A stretch of DNA of 64,000 nucleotides from an uncultured Alcaligenaceae bacterium (GTDB lineage: Bacteria; Planctomycetota; Planctomycetia; Gemmatales; Gemmataceae). The stretch lies in contig CAZQXG010000005.1 of assembly GCA_964597065.1 (NCBI GenBank), forward strand, positions 6,700 through 70,699. The letters are read 5' to 3'. Below, piece after piece: positions 1 to 8,609 of the stretch (positions within the stretch are counted from its first letter, which is position 1; each line of letters begins with the position of its first letter). Both the position numbers and the translations under genes were made by a program. A model generated the notes under the pieces. That model ran no database searches. It saw only the letters and a list, made by a program, of their open reading frames with translations, and had not been told where the DNA came from.

Positions 1-383
1 TGGCCTGGTGTTTTCCAGACGAGAAAGCTCCGCGCCCGCAAGCCGTGCTCGATTCACTGGCCGAGACGCGAGCCTTCGTCCCGACGCTGTGGCATCTCGA
101 AGTCGGCAATGCATTGTTGATGGGCGAGCGGCGCAAACGATGCACGGTCGCGGACACCGCAAAATGGCTTTCGTTCCTCGGCAGCCTGCCGATCATCGTG
201 GACAGTGAAACGATCTCGCGAGCATGGAACGACGTGCTCAGCCTGGCCAGGGCGCATGACCTCTCGGTCTACGACGCTTCCTATCTGGAACTGGCCCTGC
301 GGCGCGGCCTGCCACTGGCCTCGCTTGATACCAATCTCAACTCAGCCGCTGCGGCCCTGGGCGTCGCGGAATACAGGCCGTGA
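1..383 (+). CDS. vapC: PIN-domain toxin VapC, 5' end cut by window edge
   Basis: Frame 3 is open from base 3 (AWCFPDEKAPRPQAVLDSLAE) and continues into the listed 45..383 ORF. The C-terminal DASYLELALRRGLPLASLDTNL is typical PIN/VapC. TGA at 381-383. Confidence 0.75.
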   Translation, partial: AWCFPDEKAPRPQAVLDSLAETRAFVPTLWHLEVGNALLMGERRKRCTVADTAKWLSFLGSLPIIVDSETISRAWNDVLSLARAHDLSVYDASYLELALRRGLPLASLDTNLNSAAAALGVAEYRP

Positions 384-404
384 AGCGAAGCTATCCAAAT
401 GAGG

Positions 405-1268
405 CTAGCGACGGCCCGATTTTTCTTCAAGAAATGGCACGATTTCGGCGGCGATGTCGATCTTCGTCGTGGCCGCCAAAGCCCGCCATCCCGGCACCGC
501 GTTGATCTCCAGGACGTGCAGTTTGCCCTCCTCATCCGGAAGCAGGTCCACGCCAGCGATCGCCGCTCCCACGGCGCGAGCGGCAGCCACGGCCAGTCGC
601 TCTTCCTCGTCGTTTAATCGCACCGGCTCGCCGCGCCCCCCCTGGGCGACGTTGGTCCGCCAGTCGTTGCGGGCATGCCGGCGCATCGCGGCCAGCACCT
701 TTCCCTCCAGCACGAAGGCGCGCACGTCATGGCCCGGGTGCCGGATGAACTTTTGCAGATACAGCACGCTCTGAAGTCGTTCCAGAGTGCGGAAGGTCCG
801 CCAGGCCAGCTCCGAGTCCGAGACCCGCACCATGCCGCGCCCCTCGGAGCCAAAGAGCGGCTTGACCACCACGTCGCCGCCCAGGGCATGGAACGCTTCC
901 AGGGCGGTTTCGGCGTCCTGACATGCGACCGTCGCGGGCACCGGCAGCCCGGCTGCTTCCAGTCGGGCGCTGGCCAGGTACTTGTCGATGCAAGTCTCGA
1001 GCGCCCGCGGAGGGTTCAAGACCAGCGTGCCGCGCGCTTCCAGGCAATGCAGCACGTCCATGCGAAAAACGACTTGCTCCAGCGACCCGGGCGGCATGGT
1101 GCGCACCACCACGGCATCGAAGCCGGCCAGTGGATCGGCCCCAAAGGCGACCGGGGCGGAGAGCTTGCGAAAATCGACGATGACGCCCTCATGGCCCCGT
1201 TCGCTGCACGCGCGGAGCAGGTCCTTCACGTGCCAGCCGTTGCCGCCGGCCAACAAAGCGATTCGCAC
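405..1268 (-). CDS. RimK-family ATP-grasp ligase
   Basis: C-terminal 287 aa of the 679-aa ORF (VRIALLAGGNGWH...VVKPLFGSEGRGM...LEINAVPGW) match the RimK/ATP-grasp pattern. GTG start at 1268 is preceded by GGGAGG. The upstream part of the ORF is antisense shadow of the aldolase gene. Confidence 0.8.
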   Translation of the reverse strand: MRIALLAGGNGWHVKDLLRACSERGHEGVIVDFRKLSAPVAFGADPLAGFDAVVVRTMPPGSLEQVVFRMDVLHCLEARGTLVLNPPRALETCIDKYLASARLEAAGLPVPATVACQDAETALEAFHALGGDVVVKPLFGSEGRGMVRVSDSELAWRTFRTLERLQSVLYLQKFIRHPGHDVRAFVLEGKVLAAMRRHARNDWRTNVAQGGRGEPVRLNDEEERLAVAAARAVGAAIAGVDLLPDEEGKLHVLEINAVPGWRALAATTKIDIAAEIVPFLEEKSGRR

Positions 1269-1397
1269 AGCGCCTCCCAATATGGTGACAATGAATTCAT
1301 GCCATTGTACAAAATGCCAACTGCAAACTCTTGAATAGTCCAGTACAATCCCATGACCCATGGCAAGGACCAATGACGAAGGACAAGGGACAAAGCG

Positions 1398-2192
1398 ATG
1401 CGCGCCAACCCGGTAAAGAAAGCATTGAAGGAAGGCCGGCCGGCGGTGGGGACCTGGCTGTCGCTGGGCAACATCATCGCCGCTCGTTTCCTGGCCCGGG
1501 CCGGCTTCGCCTGGCTCACGGTGGACATCGAGCATAGCCTGGTGGGCTGGGAGACGGCCACGCACATGTTTGCCTCGATCGCCGACGCCGGCTGCACCGC
1601 CCTGGCCCGCGTCCCTTCCAACCGGCACGACCACATCAAGCGCGTGCTGGACAACGGCGGCCACGGCATTGTCGTGCCCATGGTCAATAGCCGGCATGAG
1701 GCCGAGCAGGCCGTGGCAGCCTGCCTCTATCCGCCGTTCGGCAATCGCAGCGTCGGCGGCAGCGTCCATGCCCTCAATTTCGGCACCAACGCCAACGACT
1801 ACTACGCCCATGCCAACCAGGAAGTGCTGATCGTCTTGCAGTGCGAGCACATCCAGGCCGTGGAAACGGCGGATGAGATTTTTTCGGTTCCCGGGATCGA
1901 CGCCATCTTCGTCGGCCCGCACGATCTGGCCGCCAGCATGCGCGGCCAAGACGGCTCGCCCCCCAGCGCCGAGGCCACCCGCCAGGCCATGAAGCACATC
2001 CTCAACACCTGCAAAAAGCACCAAGTGGCCGCTGGACTGCACTGCGCCACCCCGGAGGAGGTCCTCCAGCGCATCGATGAGGGCTGGCAATTCATCGCCA
2101 TCGGCAGCGAGCTGCGCATGCTGCTGGGCGCGGCCGCCGATATCGTTCAGAAGCTCGGAGCAGCCAAGAGCGGCGAGATGGCCAAGTATTAA
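1398..2192 (+). CDS. HpcH/HpaI-family aldolase
   Basis: 264 aa. MRANPVKKALKEGRPAVGTWLSLG...DIEH...VPMVNS...FVGPHDLA is the typical HpcH/HpaI aldolase layout. Confidence 0.85.
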   Translation: MRANPVKKALKEGRPAVGTWLSLGNIIAARFLARAGFAWLTVDIEHSLVGWETATHMFASIADAGCTALARVPSNRHDHIKRVLDNGGHGIVVPMVNSRHEAEQAVAACLYPPFGNRSVGGSVHALNFGTNANDYYAHANQEVLIVLQCEHIQAVETADEIFSVPGIDAIFVGPHDLAASMRGQDGSPPSAEATRQAMKHILNTCKKHQVAAGLHCATPEEVLQRIDEGWQFIAIGSELRMLLGAAADIVQKLGAAKSGEMAKY

Positions 2193-2263
2193 ATGGAAAC
2201 GGCCCGGCAGAGCCCGGGCACGACACGGGACGGCGGCCTGGACTTTGCACCAAGGCACGCTCC

Positions 2264-2280
2264 GCGGGGAGTCCCCGCGA
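2264..2280. other. GC-rich palindrome next to the 3' side of the template-repeat-like segment
   Basis: cgcggggagtccccgcg. CGCGGG pairs with CCCGCG around a short loop, about 20 nt beyond the repeat end on the minus strand. Confidence 0.4.
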
Positions 2281-2299
2281 ATTCTGGCAAGGCAAGGTG

Positions 2300-2407
2300 C
2301 TCGCCGCACGGAAGCCATTGTTGTCGTTCTGGTTGCCCGGCCGGTTCCTGTTGCGGTTGCCGGAACGGACGTTCGCTGGTTGATTGTTGAACGTGCCGCC
2401 ACGCAAC
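2300..2407 (-). repeat. DGR template repeat (TR)-like segment, Asn-codon rich
   Basis: 108 nt, gap-free colinear with 3444-3551 with identical 13-14 nt flanks. Reads LRGGTFNNQPANVRSGNRNRNRPGNQNDNNGFRAA (10 AAY codons in 27). No start context, and homology to the FGE gene stops a few codons upstream. Confidence 0.65.
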
Positions 2408-2440
2408 CCACGGCTACACGGTCGCCGCCCTGGAAATGGA

Positions 2441-2695
2441 TCACGCAGATGCCCTTTGCATAAAGCGATCAAACGCGGACGCCTCGATCAATCCGTTGTC
2501 CACCAGCTGCCGGCGAACAACCACCATGTCGCGGTCATTGACGATTTCCTTGGACTCGTGCGCACGAAACAGCAGCACTGTCCCCGTCGTCGGATGCTCG
2601 AATCGAGTGCGATTCGGTTCCTGCGACGATTGGCAAAAGCCCAAGTCCACAAGCAGTTCCCGCAACTCATCAAATGTGATTCCATGTTTGCTCAT
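2441..2695 (-). CDS. small protein, HicA-like layout (uncertain)
   Basis: ATG at 2695 (MSKHGITFDELRELLVDLGF...FEHPTTGTVLLF). Overlaps the upstream DUF4365 gene by 26 nt, suggesting an operon. The family call is from memory only. Confidence 0.45.
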   Translation of the reverse strand: MSKHGITFDELRELLVDLGFCQSSQEPNRTRFEHPTTGTVLLFRAHESKEIVNDRDMVVVRRQLVDNGLIEASAFDRFMQRASA

Positions 2696-3116
2696 GATCG
2701 GTCTCCCAATGGCGCGCGAGCATGGCTGCTTTCCGCCGCGCGAATTCACGCATCGCTTTTTCGTTCAGCACGTTTGCCGTGGGAATCGGAACTGTGATCG
2801 TTTTACCACGGAGCTGGCCGAAGGCAAAATAGCTCTGGACCAGTAACCAATAGGCGCGATCATTTGCCGCATCGTACATTACCAAGGTTATCGGATAGAC
2901 TGTTGCCTTCAGTTGTATCCAGAGAACGCCGCTTTCAAGATAACCGCGTTTGTCGAAGGTGAAGACTGCCAGGTCAAGGCCATAATCGTGCCAAACCCGG
3001 TCCACCGCATAACCGCAGCCCAACGCGATTTTCTCGACGTGGTTGGCACTCAAATCGGCCAGGACATGCGCGCGGGTCCGTCGCTTGCGTGGCGGGCTGA
3101 TGGGTTGCCTGGCCAA
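2670..3116 (-). CDS. DUF4365-like (restriction-endonuclease-fold) protein
   Basis: 148 aa with the HDYGLDLAV and WIQLKAT motifs characteristic of DUF4365. TTG start at 3116 lies 8 nt after AGGAGG. Confidence 0.6.
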   Translation of the reverse strand: MARQPISPPRKRRTRAHVLADLSANHVEKIALGCGYAVDRVWHDYGLDLAVFTFDKRGYLESGVLWIQLKATVYPITLVMYDAANDRAYWLLVQSYFAFGQLRGKTITVPIPTANVLNEKAMREFARRKAAMLARHWETDHEQTWNHI

Positions 3117-3134
3117 GATTGCTTCCTCCTCACG

Positions 3135-3317
3135 TCATCGTTCAGGCCACGGTTCCTTGGCCGCGATCAACGTCTCCAAAAGATTGTACAGGTTTCCCTC
3201 AATCCGTTCGCCCAGGACAAACCGGTAATTGCGCGGGAACCGACTGATGTGATGGCAACACCACAGAATCAAATCGTAGGTCTTGGTGATCACGATCAGT
3301 TCTTGGCCTTGTTTCAT
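3135..3317 (-). pseudogene. avd: truncated avd (DGR accessory variability determinant, four-helix-bundle family)
   Basis: ELIVITKTYDLILWCCHHISRFPRNYRFVLGERIEGNLYNLLETLIAAKE matches the N-terminal half of Avd-type proteins. The ORF stops at 60 aa, about half normal length, directly abutting the DUF4365 gene. Confidence 0.65.
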
Positions 3318-3364
3318 GGGGATATGATACTGTCATTTTGGCAGGCACGATTTTTTCAAATCGA

Positions 3365-3383
3365 AACCCGCCTTCGGCGGGTT
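3365..3383 (-). other. stem-loop between the target gene stop and the avd stub
   Basis: aacccgcc-ttc-ggcgggtt, an 8-bp GC-rich stem. On the minus strand it is followed by UUUCGAUUU and a second small hairpin, cgatttgaaaaaatcg. Confidence 0.5.
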
Positions 3384-3424
3384 CTTCAAAAAAAACAAAA
3401 ACCAAAAGTAGTAAAGTAGTAAAG

Positions 3425-6400
3425 CTACTCAGTGGTCAAAGTCCTCGCCGCACGGAAACCCACATTGAGGTTGCGGACCGTCGGCTGGAACCTGTTGCGG
3501 TAGGAGGAGCGGACGAGCACCGGTAGATAGTCGAACGAGCCGCCACGCAACACGCGGCCCATTTTATCCAAAACCTCCTTTTCCTTGTATTCAACATCGG
3601 CGAAGGGATTTTCACCCTTTGGAGTCGGGTAATACAAAACCGGATCGTGGCACCATTCCAACGCGTTGCCGAGCATATCCAACAGGCCGAAGTCGTTGGG
3701 CAGCAAGCTGCCGGCGGGCAGCATCCAGCGGTCCAGCGAGTTTTTGCTGTACCAGGCGTAGCGCGGCAGCAACTCCTCAGTTTCGCCGAAGTACCGGCTG
3801 GTCGCGGCCTCGCCCCGGCAGGCGAATTCCCATTCGGCCTCGGTGGGCAGCCGGTAGCCGCTCCGTTTCAGATAGTCGGGCACTGCTTTCATCCCTTCCG
3901 CGTATTGCCCTTGGGCGTTTTTCACATAACACCACTGTTGCTCGGGGATTTCCTCCTTGTCGCTCAGCCAGTTGCAGTAGGCGGCAGCAGCGTACCAGGT
4001 GACCAGGTTGACGGGGCAATCGGGCTTGGGGGCGTAAATCTTGTTGTAGTCATGGCTGTTGCGGAAGCGCAGAAACTGCTCAACGGTGACTTCCCTGGTT
4101 GCGATGGCGAAGGTGCGGGTGATGCGCTTCTTGTGCCGCAATTCCGTTTTCCCTTCGGGCCCGCCGTCCCGGCCGGCCTCACTCGTCGGCGAGCCCATCC
4201 AGAACTGCTTGACCGGGCCCATCACCGAGAACGTCTGCCCCTGGCCGTTGATATACCAGCGGCGCTTTTTGAGGTGCTCGGCCAGCTGAAGTTCGGAGCT
4301 GGCCAGCTCCTTGTCGATGACTTGGAGCTTGTCTCCCTGCTGCCATTGGCGGAGGAGCCAGTCGGCGGCGCCGTGGATGCCGGGATCCCGGTCGTTGCGA
4401 TAAAGCTCCAGCACCCTGGTTGTTAACGTTTCGCGCTCGCTTGCCGCAAGCTTGTCGCTGCCGAACTCGCCCAGGGCCAATAACATGGCGCGGCGGCTGG
4501 AGACATCCGGCTCCACGAACAAGCGCTGGCTGAGCATTTGAGGGTCGGCCCCGAGCAAGGGGAGTTGCCGAATCAGGTAACTGCGCCGGCGCGGGTCGGC
4601 GGAGTGCCGAAAGAGCGGCCATACCTTGTCCGGCTGAGCCATTCGCAGCAACGCTACGGCCGCGTTGGCCTGCCTTTTGGCCCATGTCTCCGTGGCGTCC
4701 TCGTGTTCCTTGGCTAATCTGTCTGTGTCCTTGGCCAACCGTTCCAGGGCGCTGCCGTCAACGATGGCCAGCGTGTAGCTGCCGCTGCCCTTCAACGAGG
4801 CGGCATAAACCTTGTAGGCACCGGCTGTGGCCGGCGTGAAGTCGAGCCTGGCGTTGAGACCTCCGCCGCTATCGTCGTCAAAGGCCAGCTGCTTGCCGGC
4901 CTTGTCGTGGAGCACCAGAAAAGCGTCCAGCTCGGCACTGGTCATGGTGATGGCGTACTTCTTGCCGGCCGGCAATTTGACGTCGTGAACCTTGGCGGGC
5001 AGGGCAAATGCTTGCGTGCCGTCGGAGCCCCGCACCTTGGCATCCTCGGCGGCAATGGTGCCGTGAACTTTGATGATCTCCGGGACCTTGACAGCCTTCG
5101 CCACGGCCGGGGCCGGCAGCTGCTTGGCGAGTTCACCCTCCAGCGCGGCGCGGCCGGCCTGTCCGTGCATCTGGAGCTTGACAAAAAGCAGGGCAAATTG
5201 CTTCCCCTCAGCGTCCGCCAGCAGCTCCGCCAGCAGGTCCGGCCGATCGGCGGCGTAGTCGGCCAGGATGTCCGTGGCCAGGGAACGCTCCGTCTCCCGG
5301 CGCTCTTGATCGCGGAAGATGCCGCCCAGTGGGTCCAGCAACGTCCTGCCCACCGGACGAAAAGAGTCCATCCAGGCGCCCACGTAGACCGCGGGAACAG
5401 CAACGAGGTCGGCCGCAACCGGCTTCTTGATCGCCTCCCAGCGCGGATCTTCCGGGGCATAGCTGGCCAGGGCGGAGGCCGCCCGCAGCCGCTGCGACTC
5501 TTTTCCTTTCGGAGGTTGCTCTGCCACGCTCCAGAGCTTGTCCAGCAGCTCCGGCTGATGGGCGGCGAGAGCGTCGCGGATCACGGGAGCTTCCTGCGGC
5601 TCGGCGTCGAGGAGCCGGCTGTAGAGGTATTTGACCTGCACGGAATCGACGGGCAGGAGGGCGAGGCTGGCGTGGAGCTGCTTGCGCATCTCCTGGTTGG
5701 CCTCGGCCTCGCGATAAGCATCTTGAAGGAGAGGGTCGATCCAGGGGCGATAACGCGCCATGTCGGCCACGATGCCCGGCACGTCCGCCGTGTTGGCAAC
5801 GAGGAGGCGGTCGCGCAAGGCATGGGCTTGGAGGGTGCCATAAGCTTCGTAGCTGCCCCAGCCGGCCAGGGCCAGTATGATTCCTATGAGCAAACCCCGG
5901 CCCGCGTGATAGCGGGTTGCCTTGCACATCATCTTGCGCTGCGGCACCGTCCAGTCGCGCTTGCGGGTGAACAGGCGGATGTTCAGCCATTCCCACCAGG
6001 CGGGCAGGTGGCGGTTTTGCGGCCTGCCCTGCCACAGGGCGGCGCGCTCCGCCAGCCGCAGCTGGGCCCGGCCTCGCCAGGTCTCCTTCTGCTTGCGCGT
6101 CAGCCATTCCCGCAGCGAGGGAACCAGATAGTCGTGCGTAAGCTGGTAGAACTTGCTTTCGTAGCCACAAGCAGCCTTGCTTGTGGGCTGGTCAGCCGAC
6201 AAGCAAGGCTGCTTGTCGCTACGGAACTCATCTTCTTCCGGCTCGGTGGGCGTGATCAGGCGCAGGTCGCTGTCCAGGATGCGCAGCAAGTCCTGGAAGT
6301 CCCCGGGGCGCTGGCTGTATCCGGAGGCATCGACAAGCTGCTGGTGGGAGCGGAGGTTGCCCTTGATCTCGGTGCCGGCGTCGGGCAGGAGGGCTTTGAG

Positions 6401-8512
6401 GACGGCCTGGGCGGCTTTTTGCTGGCGGCGATGCTGCGGAGGCGCGGTGGGGGTGGAAAAGGTTTCTTCCAGGAAGGTCACGCCCACGCCGGCGGCGCCG
6501 CCGATTTCCTTCCAGGTGGCCGGCAGCCAGGCCTTGCCCTTGACCATGTCGGCAAACAAGGCCAAGCGGACGGAAATGACCTTGCCATCCTGGGCCAACC
6601 CGGACACCGCTTGGTCGAGGAAAGCTTCCTGGTCCCTGTTTACCTGGGCGAGGTTGTCCGGCAAGCGGCCAAAAGCGCGGCCAAACTCGGCCAGCACCTT
6701 TTGGGCATGGGCGAGGTCGAACAGGTCCACGGCGGCACAGTTTTGCCCTTGCAGCAGGGGGATTTCCAGCTCCTCGAAGAAGCGCGTCACCGCCATCCAG
6801 AAATCGTCCCGGACCAGCACCAGGCACTGGACATGTTCGCCGTCGCAGTGCCGCAAGGCCTGGACCAGGTGCGGATTTTTTTCACCCCGGCGGGCATGCA
6901 GCCATTGCTCGAACTGGTCCAGGACAAGCAAAACCTTTCTGCCGGGAGCCAGGCCCTGGCCGGCGCGCAGGGCCGCCAGGGATTCCAGCAACCCGTCTTC
7001 GGCCGGCAGTCCGGGACAATGCTTGCGCAAGCCTTTTTCGAGGCGGGTTTCGGTTTCCCCGGGGCTGGCTTCGAGGTAAACGGCGGACACGTGGCCGGCC
7101 AGGCGCGGCAGCAGGCCGGCTTTCAGCAGCGACGACTTGCCGCACCCCGACGGCCCGTAGATCAGCCCCACGGAAAAGGTCCGGTCGGCATCGGCCTCCT
7201 CGATGCGCATCTTCCAGAAGCGCAGGCTTTCGGGCAAGCCGTCCCGATCGCGCGGGCCGGGAAGCAGCTCCAAAAAGAAGTCGGCATCGGCGGCGTCGAA
7301 CGAGCGCAGGCCCTTGGGAATGATCTTGACGGGCTTGGCCGCCGTGCCTGGCACAGGGCCTGGCTCCGGCTTGCCGTCGAGAAAGTGGTCGATGTCTTCG
7401 GCCAGGTCCTTAGCGGTTTGGTAGCGCTCGCTGACGCGCTTGGCCAGGGCCTTGAGGCAAATGCGCTCCAGCTCGCGCGGGATGGCATCGTCGATTTGCC
7501 GGGGCGGCCGCGCTTCCAGCTCGATGATTTGCTGGATGAGGTCGATTCGGGTGGCCCCCTGGAAAGGCCGGCGGCCGCTGAGCAATTCATAGAAGACCAC
7601 GCCCAGGCTGAAGATGTCGGCCCGGCCGTCGACGCGGTGGCTCTCCTTGCGGGCCTGTTCCGGGCTCATGTAAGCAAAGGTGCCGACCAGGTTGGCCGGC
7701 CCCTTGCCGAAGTCCTTTTCCTCGAGGGCCAGGCCAAAATCGGCCAGGAAAGGATGGCCCCTGTCGTCCAGAAGAATGTTGGCGGGCTTGACGTCGCGGT
7801 GGACCAGGCCATGGATATGGGCGCAGTGCAAGGCCTCCGCCACGCGCGCTGTCAAGGCGGCCGCTTCGGCCACGGCGGGCCGGCCTTGCCGCATCCGCTC
7901 GGCCAGGTTGTTGCCGGCGATGAAATCCGACACGAAAAAGCACGCCCCTTCCCCGGTTTGTTCCACGTCGTGGACCCCGACGATGTGGGGATGCCGCAGC
8001 CGGGCCAGGACCTGGGCCTCTTTCAAAAACAGGCCGGCAATTTCCGGGTCGGCAGCCAGGTGCGCATGCAAGACCTTGATGGCCACGTCCCGGGCCAAAA
8101 GAACATGCCGGGCCAGATACACCACACCGAAGCCGCCCTTGCCGAGCTCTTTGTGGATCTGAAACCGGTCCGGAAGCCTCGGCGGGCTGGCACGGGGCGA
8201 TGCCGGCATGTCGACACGATCCGCGGTTACCGTCCTGGCTTTGCAGAATACCTCTTTCACCATTTCCGCATGTTCCGGGAAACAGCTCAGGTAGTCTTCC
8301 AGGAACGGTGTTTCCCCATTCTGGCGGCGCAGCTCCAGCTCTCGGGCCAAAAGCGCGCGCAAGAGATAAGAGCGGTCAGCCTCTCCCGCCAGGGCCAGCA
8401 GGTCCGCGATGGCCGGACGCGGGCCGGCCTTCCAGGCCTTTTCGAAGCGGTCACAGATCTCCTCGACCCGCAACAAAAGGGACGGCGACAGGGAATCAGC
8501 GGCATCGTTCAT
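3425..8512 (-). CDS. Ser/Thr protein kinase / P-loop (STAND-like) NTPase / TM / helical repeats / PPC domain / FGE-sulfatase (C-type lectin fold) protein
   Basis: 1695 aa. Contains kinase motifs (GKGGFGVVY, HRDVKPANILL, DFGLA) and a Walker A (GPSGCGKSSLLKAG). A hydrophobic helix (LLIGIILALAGWGSY) and a PPC-like block (YAITMTSAELDAFLVLHDKAGKQLAFDDDSGG) follow. C-terminal FGE domain: RLPTEAEWEFACRG...RVLRGGSF...GFRAA. Confidence 0.93.
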   Translation of the reverse strand: MNDAADSLSPSLLLRVEEICDRFEKAWKAGPRPAIADLLALAGEADRSYLLRALLARELELRRQNGETPFLEDYLSCFPEHAEMVKEVFCKARTVTADRVDMPASPRASPPRLPDRFQIHKELGKGGFGVVYLARHVLLARDVAIKVLHAHLAADPEIAGLFLKEAQVLARLRHPHIVGVHDVEQTGEGACFFVSDFIAGNNLAERMRQGRPAVAEAAALTARVAEALHCAHIHGLVHRDVKPANILLDDRGHPFLADFGLALEEKDFGKGPANLVGTFAYMSPEQARKESHRVDGRADIFSLGVVFYELLSGRRPFQGATRIDLIQQIIELEARPPRQIDDAIPRELERICLKALAKRVSERYQTAKDLAEDIDHFLDGKPEPGPVPGTAAKPVKIIPKGLRSFDAADADFFLELLPGPRDRDGLPESLRFWKMRIEEADADRTFSVGLIYGPSGCGKSSLLKAGLLPRLAGHVSAVYLEASPGETETRLEKGLRKHCPGLPAEDGLLESLAALRAGQGLAPGRKVLLVLDQFEQWLHARRGEKNPHLVQALRHCDGEHVQCLVLVRDDFWMAVTRFFEELEIPLLQGQNCAAVDLFDLAHAQKVLAEFGRAFGRLPDNLAQVNRDQEAFLDQAVSGLAQDGKVISVRLALFADMVKGKAWLPATWKEIGGAAGVGVTFLEETFSTPTAPPQHRRQQKAAQAVLKALLPDAGTEIKGNLRSHQQLVDASGYSQRPGDFQDLLRILDSDLRLITPTEPEEDEFRSDKQPCLSADQPTSKAACGYESKFYQLTHDYLVPSLREWLTRKQKETWRGRAQLRLAERAALWQGRPQNRHLPAWWEWLNIRLFTRKRDWTVPQRKMMCKATRYHAGRGLLIGIILALAGWGSYEAYGTLQAHALRDRLLVANTADVPGIVADMARYRPWIDPLLQDAYREAEANQEMRKQLHASLALLPVDSVQVKYLYSRLLDAEPQEAPVIRDALAAHQPELLDKLWSVAEQPPKGKESQRLRAASALASYAPEDPRWEAIKKPVAADLVAVPAVYVGAWMDSFRPVGRTLLDPLGGIFRDQERRETERSLATDILADYAADRPDLLAELLADAEGKQFALLFVKLQMHGQAGRAALEGELAKQLPAPAVAKAVKVPEIIKVHGTIAAEDAKVRGSDGTQAFALPAKVHDVKLPAGKKYAITMTSAELDAFLVLHDKAGKQLAFDDDSGGGLNARLDFTPATAGAYKVYAASLKGSGSYTLAIVDGSALERLAKDTDRLAKEHEDATETWAKRQANAAVALLRMAQPDKVWPLFRHSADPRRRSYLIRQLPLLGADPQMLSQRLFVEPDVSSRRAMLLALGEFGSDKLAASERETLTTRVLELYRNDRDPGIHGAADWLLRQWQQGDKLQVIDKELASSELQLAEHLKKRRWYINGQGQTFSVMGPVKQFWMGSPTSEAGRDGGPEGKTELRHKKRITRTFAIATREVTVEQFLRFRNSHDYNKIYAPKPDCPVNLVTWYAAAAYCNWLSDKEEIPEQQWCYVKNAQGQYAEGMKAVPDYLKRSGYRLPTEAEWEFACRGEAATSRYFGETEELLPRYAWYSKNSLDRWMLPAGSLLPNDFGLLDMLGNALEWCHDPVLYYPTPKGENPFADVEYKEKEVLDKMGRVLRGGSFDYLPVLVRSSYRNRFQPTVRNLNVGFRAARTLTTE
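3444..3551 (-). repeat. variable-repeat (VR)-like 3' end of the kinase gene
   Basis: Counterpart of 2300-2407. Reads LRGGSFDYLPVLVRSSYRNRFQPTVRNLNVGFRAA. By hand count there are 29 mismatches, 16 of them at coding-strand A positions of the 2300-2407 copy. Confidence 0.6.
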
Positions 8513-8609
8513 GGCGTCATTTTACATGGAAGTTCGTCGCAAGGAGCAAGACAAAATCGAAAAACAGTGGTGTGGGTGCGACACAAACGACGAATCCGGA
8601 CAATGGGCG

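Noticed and set aside
1269-2444. N-terminal 390 aa of the 679-aa minus-strand ORF upstream of the RimK-like gene
   Set aside because: It is antisense to the well-supported HpcH aldolase gene. The RimK homology starts at the GTG at 1268, which has an SD, and the rest has no protein-like features.
2092-2472. 126-aa ORF covering the TR-like segment
   Set aside because: There are no protein features outside the 36 codons homologous to the FGE domain end. It is interpreted as a non-coding template repeat, not a gene.
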